NCBI GenBank assembly: GCA_963733295.1
Contig: CAVTCS010000003.1
Location: 1,536,001-1,600,000 of the forward strand
Source of the DNA: Vulcanimicrobiota bacterium
GTDB lineage: Bacteria > Vulcanimicrobiota > Vulcanimicrobiia > Vulcanimicrobiales > Vulcanimicrobiaceae
Direction: 5' to 3'
Length of the DNA: 64,000 nucleotides
Positions 49,245-58,749 of this stretch are shown here, piece after piece. The notes beneath the pieces are model-generated. The model did not search any database and was not told where the DNA came from. It was given only the letters and a program-made list of their open reading frames with translations. The first letter of the stretch is position 1, and each line of letters starts with the position of its first letter. The translations under genes and the position numbers were made by a program.

Positions 49245-51191
49245 TCACAATCGACCTAGACTTCGTCCGAGCGAAAACGTCAGCTCGCCTGGACCGCCGT
49301 ACAAGAACGCTGACGAGGGCGGCGGAACGCTTCCAAACAGATTCCGCACGCCGAGCTGGGCGTTGAATAGCTTCCCGACCGGCATTCCCACGCCGACGTC
49401 GGTGAGCGTGGTGGCGCTTGGCCCCAGGCCGTTGTTAGCTCCGTAGTAGGACGTGCCGAGGTGGAGCGTCAGGCCGTCCTTGCGCTGGTAGGCGACTTCC
49501 ACGCGGCCGCTCGTGTACGGCAGGCCCGCAAACTGCGCGCTGCCGGATGCTACATCGGCGGTCGAGGCGTATCGCCAATACGGCTGGGCGCTGCCGTACG
49601 CGTACGAACGCAGGACGCTGGCATACGCCCCGACGCTAAAACCGGTCGTGCCGGCTGCGTGAGAAAGGCCGAAGTTCAGGCCGGTGCTGCGCGCGTTGCT
49701 CAAGCTTGCGTAGCGGTTGGTCTGATCGATGCGAAACGCGTCGACCGAAAGGACGTCGAGCGACGTGAGCCGCGCACCCGCAGAGAGGTGATACGCAAAG
49801 GCCGTCTCGGGAGCGCTCGACGCCGCTGGGCGGGCGGGATTCCAGCCCGCAAAAGGCTGCGTCGCATACGCACTTCCGGCTGAAGCCTGCAGCGTAAGCC
49901 CAGCGGTCGCGCGGTACGCGAGGCCGAACTGCGGATCGCTCCGTCCAGGTAGCGAGCTGCCGCTCGACAAAACGTCGGCGACGCTGAAGCGTAACGACTT
50001 GGTCAGTGGCGCTTCGCCGCGCAGCAGCAGACTCGAGGTCGTTTGCGTTTGCGAAAGCGTTCCCAGCGCGGCCGTCTCCGTGCTGCGGTCGTACGCAACC
50101 GAAATCAATTCGCCGGCGACCGGCAGGTCGTAAGCGAACTGATCGCCGCGAATTCGGTCGTCGCCGAGCGAACTGCCGTAGGTGCGCAGGCGAACGGTTC
50201 CGCCCTCGACCGAAGTGCTCACGCCGAGGGCATAGGCCGGAGCATTGATCGCCGGCAGACCCGCGCTTGCATCCGCGCTCGTTTGCGAGCCGTATACCCC
50301 CAGATCGACGGTCGTCGCAGGCGAAACGTCGTAGGCCGCCTTGAGCGTCTGAGCGCGATTGTCGCCACTCCCGGTGATCGCCTCGAACGAATAGCCGAGC
50401 GGTCCCGCGCTGTGACCGTAGCGCAGCATCTGGAAGCTTCCGAAGTTCGAATCGTAACCGGCGCCAAGCGTGAGGTCTTGCGTGGCCCCGATCGGCGCGG
50501 TCTGATAGTTGACCGTTCCGCCGATCGCACTGCGCAATGAAATTCCGTCGGCCCCCAAGGCGCCCGGCGCGACGGCAATCGAATCGAGCGCGAGCGCGTT
50601 TCGCGCGCGCAAAGCGGCTTGGCTGCCGCCGCCGGCGAGCGGAATCCCGTCGAGCGCGAAACGGGCATCTTGCGGATCGGTGCCGTCGAGCGAAACTCCA
50701 CCGGCGAGCGGTGAGACGCTCGGCACGAGCGTGACCCCGCTAACCGATGCGAGCTGATGCGCGACGTTGGGGTCGTCGTTTGCAATCGATTGCATCTCGA
50801 TCGTTGAACCGGCCGGAGCCCGCAGCGTCGAGAAACTGAGACGGACCAAACGCAACGCCAGGACCTTCCAACCCGTCGCAGTCACCGCGGAGCTGACGTC
50901 CACGGTACGTTCGAGCGGATCGTAACCGGCGCGCTCGACTCGCAGCGAATACGTTCCCAAAGGCAGCGCCTGTAGCGCGACGTATCCCGAAGGACCGGTG
51001 TCCGCTTCGCGTATCGCAGGTCCGCTGGCGACGACGTGCGCGCCGGCGAGCGGCTTGCCCGCAGCGTCTCGCACGATCGCCGCGATCGCGCCCGGTCCGA
51101 TGCCCGCGATTTCCGCCCGAGCCGGCACAACGCCGGCACCAAGCGACGCGGCCGTCAACAGTAGCGCAAATGCGAGGATGCGAAAACTCAA
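49245..51191 (-). CDS. TonB-dependent receptor-like protein with carboxypeptidase-regulatory-like N-domain
   Basis: GGAGGAGG RBS, signal peptide, G.V.D..GKP..GA.V, LP.G.Y...V...GY, plug-like IGG.VN, C-terminal GVRNLF. Confidence 0.7.
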   Translation of the reverse strand: MSFRILAFALLLTAASLGAGVVPARAEIAGIGPGAIAAIVRDAAGKPLAGAHVVASGPAIREADTGPSGYVALQALPLGTYSLRVERAGYDPLERTVDVSSAVTATGWKVLALRLVRLSFSTLRAPAGSTIEMQSIANDDPNVAHQLASVSGVTLVPSVSPLAGGVSLDGTDPQDARFALDGIPLAGGGSQAALRARNALALDSIAVAPGALGADGISLRSAIGGTVNYQTAPIGATQDLTLGAGYDSNFGSFQMLRYGHSAGPLGYSFEAITGSGDNRAQTLKAAYDVSPATTVDLGVYGSQTSADASAGLPAINAPAYALGVSTSVEGGTVRLRTYGSSLGDDRIRGDQFAYDLPVAGELISVAYDRSTETAALGTLSQTQTTSSLLLRGEAPLTKSLRFSVADVLSSGSSLPGRSDPQFGLAYRATAGLTLQASAGSAYATQPFAGWNPARPAASSAPETAFAYHLSAGARLTSLDVLSVDAFRIDQTNRYASLSNARSTGLNFGLSHAAGTTGFSVGAYASVLRSYAYGSAQPYWRYASTADVASGSAQFAGLPYTSGRVEVAYQRKDGLTLHLGTSYYGANNGLGPSATTLTDVGVGMPVGKLFNAQLGVRNLFGSVPPPSSAFLYGGPGELTFSLGRSLGRL

Positions 51192-51247
51192 CCTCCTCCG
51201 TTACGGCGCCGGTACGAGACGGTCATTTTCTGTGAGGGCACCGCGCC

Positions 51248-51457
51248 CTATTGGTTTGTGTCGCCCCTGCTTATCGAGATGAGGTTGAACTCTCCGGTAA
51301 GGGCCCAGCCGATCGCGATCCCCGCGCCGAGCGCCAAGACGATCGTCAGGGGTAAGACTTTGCGCCAACCGTATTCCTTCGCGAACGATTGCGCCATGAC
51401 GCCGCCCATGACTGCCGCGAGCACGATGCCGGTCGCGTAACAGAGTTCCGAACTCAC
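51248..51457 (-). CDS. Small two-TM membrane protein
   Basis: Two hydrophobic segments. Lies between two co-oriented receptor genes. Confidence 0.55.
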   Translation of the reverse strand: MSSELCYATGIVLAAVMGGVMAQSFAKEYGWRKVLPLTIVLALGAGIAIGWALTGEFNLISISRGDTNQ

Positions 51458-51467
51458 GTGCGTGCCG

Positions 51468-53693
51468 TCACGAGTGTAACGACCGTCCGCAGCCCGTCGC
51501 GACCTTCCCGGTCGGTTGTCCGAGCGGCACGGCGACCTCCAATTGGATCGTGCGCGGCGGTCCGAACCGGTCGATCGTCGAGAGGTACTGTTGATGCGTT
51601 AGATTGTCGGCCGTCAAAACCAGCGCCGGTCCCGAGAGGAGCGCAGCGCGCGCGGTCGCGCCGAACAGCAATGCCGCACCGAGCGGTTGCTGCTCGAGGC
51701 TGTCGGCGTAGGTTTGACCGACATACGATCCTTGCAGCGAAAACGAGAACGGTCCGTTTCCCGCTCCGTCGACGGTCAATCCGGCAGAGTTGTCGGGAAC
51801 GTAGGACAACTGCTTTCCCGGAGTCTCGCCGGGTCCGTTTACGATGCGCGCGTTTTGCGCGTTCCCCCACACGCTGAGACGCGTGCACGCCCCGAGGCGC
51901 TCGGTGTAAGTGAGCGTCTCTCCGTTCGATTGCGTTTTCTCGATGTTCTCACGTTTCATCAGGTTGGGACCGATGCTCACGAAGTCGATCGCGTCGTTGA
52001 CTTGCGTTTGAAAGACGTCGAAGGCGAGCCGTCCACGCGAGCCCGCGAGAAAGTCGAGACCGGCGTCGTCCGTCGTGCTGCGCTCGGGAACGAGGAAGGG
52101 GTTCGGCAACATGGCGACCGCGCCGATGTTGAAGCCGCGGACGAGCTCGTTGAGATACGGCGTTCGAAAACCGCCGCCGCTTGAAAGACGCGCCGACAAC
52201 ACCGGCGAGATGTCGTAGCGTAAGGCGGCGCGAGGTGAGATCGCGCCCTCCTGATAGCCCGGAATGCTGGTCGTGTTGGTCGTGCCTGACGATACTGTGA
52301 TCAAGGTGAGATCGTTGTACGTCGAGAGATCGCCGCGCGCGCCCGCAATCAGCTCGAAATGCCGGAGCCTGACAGTCGCTTGCAAACCTGCCGCTTGCGC
52401 GATCTGCGTGCCGAAACCGTCCGCTTGCAGCGCACCGGTCGGACCCTGCTGCTGGCTGTAGCCGCCGATGTAACGTTGCTCGAACAGGACGTCGAGCGCC
52501 GTCGTCGAGGAGAGCGGCGCTTCGAGAGCCGCCGCGTACCCCTCCTCGTGGGTCGGAACGTTTTGCACGTAGCGCAACTGGCCTGGATGGGTGGGGAAGA
52601 GATCGTCGATGTTGACGATGTTGACGCTGCGGTCGTAGAACCAGAACTTCACGAGATCGGCGCCGACGAGACGAGTGGCGATGACGCCGTCCTGGTCGAG
52701 GTTCCGGTTGAAGGTGTAGTTGGTGCGGCCCTCATCTTGGAAATCCCAAGCGAAGAGCGTGCTCGCTTCGACACTGGTAAGACCGTCGTCGTAGCGAAGT
52801 TTGAAATTCGTCGACGAGCTCGAGCCGATCGAGGCGTGGTCGATCGGCGCGGCGTACGCAGGCGGTAGTGCGAAATAGCTCATCCCGGTGCCGACCGTCG
52901 AGGCTGAGGCAGCGAAGTTCGCACCGACCGGGACGCTGACTTGCGCGCCGTCGTCGTAACTCGCGTTGGTGCCCGCGGCCAGCGCACCCCGCGCTTCGAC
53001 GAGCCCCGAGCCGACTCGCGGCGCGAAGGTCTTTATGTCCAGAACGCCGCCCACCGCGCCTGAGCCGTACAGCGCCGAACCCGCGCCGCGCAGCAGTTCG
53101 GCGCTTTGCAGCGTTTGCACCGGATATGCTAGCCAGTCGATCTGTCCGCCGAACCCGTCTTGGGCAGGCAGACCGTCGACGAAGACGGCGCCGAGGTCGG
53201 TACCGGCCCCCAAGTACGAGACGCGCAACTGACCGTAGTTGGTAAAAGCGCTGTTGCTTCGATTTCGATCGAAGCCGGGCAGCTGCCGCAACAGGCCGTC
53301 GGTGAAAAGCGAGGGCGACAGTACGATGGCGCTGCGGTCGAGCAGCGATGCCGCAAGGGGAAGCTCGTGCAAACTGCTTTGCGATCCCGTCGCCACCGAC
53401 ACGCTGCCGACGACCGTCAGAGCTCTCGTGAGCGTGACCGTTCCCCGCGAGTCGCGGAGATCGACGTGCTGCGCGACGAAGCCGTCCGCCGAGATTTGAG
53501 CTTCGACCGGTACGAAGTTCGCGCGGGCCTCGGCTCTTCCGGAAACGTCGCTCTTTTCGACATCGTGATTGCCGTGCTGGTCGACGAAGTCGACGCTCGC
53601 CGCGACGACCGGCTTACCGAACTCATCGACGATCGTCAGCGGATTTACTGCGGTCCCGAAGAGGACGGCGACGGCGAGCAACAATGCCGGCAT
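51468..53693 (-). CDS. TonB-dependent receptor
   Basis: ELLRGAGSALYGSGAVGGV plug motif, SPR, FRTP.LNEL.R, NP.L.PE, DNL....Y, GPPR. Confidence 0.9.
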   Translation of the reverse strand: MPALLLAVAVLFGTAVNPLTIVDEFGKPVVAASVDFVDQHGNHDVEKSDVSGRAEARANFVPVEAQISADGFVAQHVDLRDSRGTVTLTRALTVVGSVSVATGSQSSLHELPLAASLLDRSAIVLSPSLFTDGLLRQLPGFDRNRSNSAFTNYGQLRVSYLGAGTDLGAVFVDGLPAQDGFGGQIDWLAYPVQTLQSAELLRGAGSALYGSGAVGGVLDIKTFAPRVGSGLVEARGALAAGTNASYDDGAQVSVPVGANFAASASTVGTGMSYFALPPAYAAPIDHASIGSSSSTNFKLRYDDGLTSVEASTLFAWDFQDEGRTNYTFNRNLDQDGVIATRLVGADLVKFWFYDRSVNIVNIDDLFPTHPGQLRYVQNVPTHEEGYAAALEAPLSSTTALDVLFEQRYIGGYSQQQGPTGALQADGFGTQIAQAAGLQATVRLRHFELIAGARGDLSTYNDLTLITVSSGTTNTTSIPGYQEGAISPRAALRYDISPVLSARLSSGGGFRTPYLNELVRGFNIGAVAMLPNPFLVPERSTTDDAGLDFLAGSRGRLAFDVFQTQVNDAIDFVSIGPNLMKRENIEKTQSNGETLTYTERLGACTRLSVWGNAQNARIVNGPGETPGKQLSYVPDNSAGLTVDGAGNGPFSFSLQGSYVGQTYADSLEQQPLGAALLFGATARAALLSGPALVLTADNLTHQQYLSTIDRFGPPRTIQLEVAVPLGQPTGKVATGCGRSLHS

Positions 53694-53801
53694 GTGACGA
53701 CGCTCTTTGCAGACGAACGTAGCCACCTCCCTTCTTTGGATGCGAAGGACGGTTCGCAGTCACAGAGAACTGCGCACGAAGCTGGGAAAAAGCGAGGGTT
53801 C

Positions 53802-55796
53802 ATGCCGGCTCGCGGCTCAACGTGCGCTCGAATCACTGTCTTCGTGTCAATTAGCGTCGCAGCGTGGTTCGGGGGTCCGCACTACGCGTCTGCCGACGGC
53901 ACCGCGTGGTTCAGCGGAGCCCAGACCGACTCGGGTCGCATTGAGTACGCGCAAAGCTGCTCCGTCTGCCACGGGACGACGTTGCAAAACGGCGGCGCAC
54001 CCGCCCTGGCAGGCCGTTCGTTCTATCAACGCTGGAACGGTAGGTCGCTCGAGACCTTCTACAGCTACGTTCAACAGAACATGCCGCTCGGCAAAGGCGG
54101 CACGTTGACCGGCCAGCAGTACGCCGACCTCGTGGCGTTCGTGTTGTCGCGAAATGGATTGCCGAGTGGTACCGAGACGTTCACCCCGGAGTCGCCGATG
54201 GAGCGCACGCTCGTGCTCAGCGCCTCGACGAAGGCCGGCGCGCCGCTCGCACCCGTTGCGATTCGGATCGGTACCTTGTATGGGAAGGTCCGCGAACCGG
54301 GCAGTGCCGGACCGACGCAAGCGGAACTCGACGACAGCGACAACTCCGCGAACTGGCTGATGTACAACAAAGGTTACAGCGGTCAGCGCTTTTCGTCGCT
54401 CGAGCAAATCAACACCGGCAACGCGGCGACGCTGCGACCCGTCTGCATGTTTCAATTGGGCGAGATCGGCACGTTCTCGAGCGGTCCCGTCGAGTACGAC
54501 GGCGTGCTCTACGTTACGACGCACCTCGGAACGTACGCGATCGACGCGACGACGTGCCGCAAGCGCTGGAGCCACCACCATCCGGCGCAGGGTCCGGAAA
54601 TGAATGCGACCAACAAAGGCGTCGCGATCGCCGCAGGACGCATCTTTCGCGGGACGCAGGACGGGTTTCTCTACGCGCTCGACGCAAAGACGGGCATTCA
54701 GCTCTGGGAACGACAAGTCGCGGATTGGAGCATAGGCGAGGGGATCGGTGCCGCACCTATCGTGTGGAACGGTCTCGTTTACGTCGCCAAGGCGGGAGGC
54801 GACTGGGGCATCCACGGCCGCCTGATGGCTTTCAGGGTCGCAGATGGGGGTCTCGCTTGGAGCTTCGATCTCGTTCGATCGGATGCGGTGTCCTGGCGCG
54901 ATCCTGAGTCGCGCCGTCACGGTGGCGGAGCCTCGTGGGTAACCTATCAACTCGATACCAAGACGGGAACCATCTTCGTGCCGGTCGGAAATCCGGGACC
55001 CGACTTCGATCCGGCGATTCGGCCCGGCGCGAACCTCTATACGGATTCCGTCGTCGCGATCGACGCGCGCGCCGGAACGCTGAAGTGGTGGTACCAAATG
55101 GTCCCGAACGATTTCCACGACTGGGATACGACCGACGTCAGCCTCTTCGAGAACGGCGGCCGGCGTTTGGTCGCGGCCACCGGCAAGCAAGGCGTGCTCT
55201 ACGTACTCGATCGGGACGACGGGAAACTCGTCTTCAAGCTGCCGGTGACGACGCTGCTCAACCAGAACGTTCCACTCACGCCGGCAGGCGTACGCGCCTG
55301 TCCGGTCGCCGGCGTGCAATGGAACGGACCGGCGTACAGTCCGCTCACGGGCTTGCTCTACGTGAATGCAATCGACTGGTGCGCCGTGTACAAGCAAGGC
55401 CCAAGGCCGACTTGGGTCGCGACCGTGCCGTACACCGGCCTCGCGAACGGATTCGGCACGAACGACCCGATCTCGATGTGGTCGGGCTGGATCAACGCCG
55501 TCGACCCAAGCAATGGGACGATGGCGTGGCGGCTCAAGCGCCCGACACCGATGTACGCAGCCTTGACGCCCACCGCCGGGAACGTCCTATTCACGGGCGA
55601 CCTCGACGGGAATCTTCTCGCGCTCGACGCGCGCAGCGGTGCGACGCTCTACGCTTTCAACACCGGCGGTCCGCTCTCGGGCGGCGTCATCACCTATGAC
55701 GAAGGCGGCAAACAATACGTCGCGGCCGCCAGTGGCAACAGCGGCGGTTCGATTCCGCTGACGGGAAGTCCGACGGTCGTCGTCTTCTCGCTGTAG
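53802..55796 (+). CDS. PQQ-dependent dehydrogenase (8-bladed propeller) with N-terminal cytochrome c domain
   Basis: CSVCH (53958-53972) and NMP axial Met, W..YN....GQRFS.L.QIN..N, ALDA.TG..LW docking repeats, VGNP.PD, D.HDWD, GKQYVA. Confidence 0.9.
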   Translation: MPARGSTCARITVFVSISVAAWFGGPHYASADGTAWFSGAQTDSGRIEYAQSCSVCHGTTLQNGGAPALAGRSFYQRWNGRSLETFYSYVQQNMPLGKGGTLTGQQYADLVAFVLSRNGLPSGTETFTPESPMERTLVLSASTKAGAPLAPVAIRIGTLYGKVREPGSAGPTQAELDDSDNSANWLMYNKGYSGQRFSSLEQINTGNAATLRPVCMFQLGEIGTFSSGPVEYDGVLYVTTHLGTYAIDATTCRKRWSHHHPAQGPEMNATNKGVAIAAGRIFRGTQDGFLYALDAKTGIQLWERQVADWSIGEGIGAAPIVWNGLVYVAKAGGDWGIHGRLMAFRVADGGLAWSFDLVRSDAVSWRDPESRRHGGGASWVTYQLDTKTGTIFVPVGNPGPDFDPAIRPGANLYTDSVVAIDARAGTLKWWYQMVPNDFHDWDTTDVSLFENGGRRLVAATGKQGVLYVLDRDDGKLVFKLPVTTLLNQNVPLTPAGVRACPVAGVQWNGPAYSPLTGLLYVNAIDWCAVYKQGPRPTWVATVPYTGLANGFGTNDPISMWSGWINAVDPSNGTMAWRLKRPTPMYAALTPTAGNVLFTGDLDGNLLALDARSGATLYAFNTGGPLSGGVITYDEGGKQYVAAASGNSGGSIPLTGSPTVVVFSL

Positions 55797-55800
55797 ACCG

Positions 55801-58221
55801 TCAACGAAATCTCATTCCAAGCGAAAACGTCCGCGGCGGCGCATAGTGATTTCCTTGCGCGTTCAGGAGGGTCACGAAGTAGCGGTCGTTGAGCAGGTTC
55901 GAAATGCCGAGCGTCAGCGCGGCATTGGGAGCGATTCCGATGCCCTTCTCCAGATTGAATGTCGTATGCGGCGTTTTCTTACAGTTCCCGGGCGTATTCT
56001 GAGGGCAGGCTTCGGACGATAGGCCGCTGCCGTACTCTCCGTCGGCCGAGAACCAGCCCCCGCGCCGGTCGTTCAGCAGTACGCCTCCGGCCATGGTCCA
56101 ATTCTGCTCGTGATCGGCCGGAGTGTAGCCCGCCGGCGCGCCGAAGCACGGCGCGAGCAGTTGCGTTTCGCAGCCGCTGTTGAGCGAAACGACATGCGCC
56201 ACCGAGAAGTACGCTCGCCCATTTCGCGGCAGTGGTTGGGCGTAGCTCAGCGCTTCTTGCGACAACCGGCCGAGTTCGTAGTTGATGTCTTGATGGAGGA
56301 GCGTAACCCCCACCTGAGTATCGTCGATGAGGTCGTTTGCGTTCTTTTGCCAAACGCGGAAGCCGAGATCACCGGCACCCAGCGGAAGGTGGCCGCCCAG
56401 TTCGAGTTGCGTGTCGCGCTCGGGTTTCAGGTCGAACTGCGCTTCTTGCGGCTGCAAGGGGAGATCGAGCAGAAACGCCGCCGATGGGCTCACGTTCTCC
56501 AGCGAAAACGGTTCGAAAAAGCGCCCGACGTAGGCGTAAAGGTTGGCCCGGCTTCCGAAGAACCGCGTTATCTTGAGACGCGGGCTGAAAGCGCCGAATC
56601 CTTGCGCGAACTCGCTCGACCTTATCGTGAAAAAGTCGTAGCGCAGGCCGTAGTCGGCCTCCCACAGATCGCTCATGCGCCAACTATCTTGAACGTAGGA
56701 CTGGTAGGTGTTTCCGAGATTCGGGACGTCGTCGACAACGGTCGTCGGAACGCCGGGCGTATTCGGCGTTTGGATCGGAGCGAGGTAGTTGTCCGGCTGG
56801 AGCGTGATCGCGTAATATTTCAGGATTCGTGCCAGGTCGTACGAGACGCCCGCGGCGAGCGAATGACGGCCCAGACTCTGGCTGTAATCCGCCTGCACGA
56901 TATAGTCGAGCGCGGTCCGCGTGTCGGCCAGCGAATAGCCGCACATCGTGGGGAAGGCGGCCGGATTCTGCGGGGCCACGCGCAAGGCGTCGGCGCAATC
57001 GGTCGCTCGGCCACCGTTGCCAAACGGCGGAGGGGCTAAGTTGAGCGCCTCACCGTACGTGAAATCGTTCGCACGATCGCCGAAGTCCTCGATGCGCGAG
57101 GCCGCGTAAGCCGGTCCGAACGTTACGACGCCCGTGTCGCCGATTGCGTGGTGAAACTGGACCGCCAGGAACGTGTCGGCCTGCGTTTCGTTGTCGTCGC
57201 TTGAGGCCGGCTGACCGTGATCGACGTCATTCGGAATTTGAAACGAAGTGTTGCTGTTGATGAACGTGACGTTCGCGAAATTTGCCCCGCCGGCGGGCAA
57301 CGTGAAGCGGGCAAACTGGCCTACCGAACTCGCCTCATTGTGCGGCGAGTCGAAATTTGGAGGATCGAGTCCGCGGGTGGTTTTCTCGCCGTTCAACGCG
57401 AGAGCGAAGCCGCCGCCGCCGGGAAGGGGTGAATGATAACCGAGCGAGGATTGGACGGCCGTGTAGGAGCCGAACGATGCGAATCCGTCGAAACCGGGTG
57501 CCCCGGTACCGGCCCGCGTGGCCATCTCGAACACGGACCCGAAGCGCAGTCCGTACTGAGCCGGATACGCGCCCTCGATGAGGTTGACGCTCGAGAGGTC
57601 GTTGAGGTTTATCTCGCCGCCGATGTCCCGGTTGAGTTCTTGGGGCAGCGCGACCCCGTCGATCGTGTAGTTGATGACGCCGTGGTCGCCATTGATGTGA
57701 ACGACGCCGTTCGCGCCGCGAACTGCGCCGGGCATCTGGATTTCCATGTCCGAAAAGTCGTTGTTGAAGGGGAGCTGCGTCAGATCGGTGCGGTTCAAGA
57801 CGACGTCGCTGCCGCTGCCGTGGAGCACCTGCGATTGCGCCCGGCTAACCGCCGCGTGCCCGATCTCCGAGGGCGCTCCCAGAACCAGCGCTACGCTCGC
57901 GCCGCCGCTTCCGAGATCGACGCGAACGTGCCCATGGAACGCGCCGTTCGCGGCGGCGACGTCGTAGCTCCCCGGGCTGAGCCCCCGGAACGAAAAGCGC
58001 CCTTTCGCGTCGGTCCTCGTCGTCGCGGTCCGGTCATGGCCCGTTGCCGTTACGACCGCACCCGCAACCGGAACGCCGTCGTGGCTTACCGTGCCGGTCA
58101 AAGCAACGCCGGTGTCGACCGCGAGCGCGCAGGCGGCACACGCGCAGAACAAGCACAGACCGATGGCGGCGCAGCGCACGCAGTGCAGCGCTCCGGCAGT
58201 CAGGTTCGGCTTCCCGGCCAT
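55801..58221 (-). CDS. TonB-dependent receptor, probably metal uptake
   Basis: Carboxypeptidase-like N-domain, H.NGDH..INY.IDGV, GAYPAQYG.R, SPR, L.PE, NLLN..Y, PR and a near-terminal Phe. Divergent from a Fur-family gene. Confidence 0.9.
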   Translation of the reverse strand: MAGKPNLTAGALHCVRCAAIGLCLFCACAACALAVDTGVALTGTVSHDGVPVAGAVVTATGHDRTATTRTDAKGRFSFRGLSPGSYDVAAANGAFHGHVRVDLGSGGASVALVLGAPSEIGHAAVSRAQSQVLHGSGSDVVLNRTDLTQLPFNNDFSDMEIQMPGAVRGANGVVHINGDHGVINYTIDGVALPQELNRDIGGEINLNDLSSVNLIEGAYPAQYGLRFGSVFEMATRAGTGAPGFDGFASFGSYTAVQSSLGYHSPLPGGGGFALALNGEKTTRGLDPPNFDSPHNEASSVGQFARFTLPAGGANFANVTFINSNTSFQIPNDVDHGQPASSDDNETQADTFLAVQFHHAIGDTGVVTFGPAYAASRIEDFGDRANDFTYGEALNLAPPPFGNGGRATDCADALRVAPQNPAAFPTMCGYSLADTRTALDYIVQADYSQSLGRHSLAAGVSYDLARILKYYAITLQPDNYLAPIQTPNTPGVPTTVVDDVPNLGNTYQSYVQDSWRMSDLWEADYGLRYDFFTIRSSEFAQGFGAFSPRLKITRFFGSRANLYAYVGRFFEPFSLENVSPSAAFLLDLPLQPQEAQFDLKPERDTQLELGGHLPLGAGDLGFRVWQKNANDLIDDTQVGVTLLHQDINYELGRLSQEALSYAQPLPRNGRAYFSVAHVVSLNSGCETQLLAPCFGAPAGYTPADHEQNWTMAGGVLLNDRRGGWFSADGEYGSGLSSEACPQNTPGNCKKTPHTTFNLEKGIGIAPNAALTLGISNLLNDRYFVTLLNAQGNHYAPPRTFSLGMRFR

Positions 58222-58250
58222 TATTGATATTGACTAGGCATTATCATTAA
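58221..58250. promoter_or_regulatory. Fur/Zur-type operator (AT-rich inverted repeat)
   Basis: TTATTGATATTG-actagg-CATTATCATTAA, 10/12 inverted repeat containing GATAAT, between the receptor and the regulator. Confidence 0.7.
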
Positions 58251-58287
58251 GAGGATATGTAGCGCGTGGCCCGAACGATCCCCTGCA

Positions 58288-58740
58288 ATGGCGAGCCGCA
58301 AGAATTCCGCCTCGGGGCGAGTCGCTTTACCGAGCGCTTTCGAGCGCAACACGCGGCAGCGGCGTAACATGCGGGCCGCGTTCGAGAACGCCGAACGCCC
58401 CTTGTCGATTGAAGAGGTGCTCGCCGCCGCGCGGCGCGGCCGCAACGCAGTCAGCCTCTCAACGGTGTACCGCTTCGTCCGTTCGCTCGTCGACGACGGC
58501 TCTCTCAGCGCTATCGAAGTGCCCGGACGGGGCGTATTCTACGAACTAGCGGGCAAAGCGCACCACCATCACTTCTCGTGCCTCTCCTGCGGCCGCATCT
58601 ACGAAATCAACGATTGCGTCGGCCTGCGAGACCTCGTGCTGCCGGAGGGCTTCCACGCGGTTTCGCACGACATCACGGTCGAGGGAGTCTGTTCTGCATG
58701 CCACGCCACGCTTTGTGCGGCGCGCTCTAGCGGAGGTTGA
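58288..58740 (+). CDS. Fur family transcriptional regulator (Zur-like)
   Basis: T.QR, SLSTVYR, HHHHFSCLSC, CSAC. Confidence 0.92.
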   Translation: MASRKNSASGRVALPSAFERNTRQRRNMRAAFENAERPLSIEEVLAAARRGRNAVSLSTVYRFVRSLVDDGSLSAIEVPGRGVFYELAGKAHHHHFSCLSCGRIYEINDCVGLRDLVLPEGFHAVSHDITVEGVCSACHATLCAARSSGG

Positions 58741-58749
58741 AAGCCCCCC

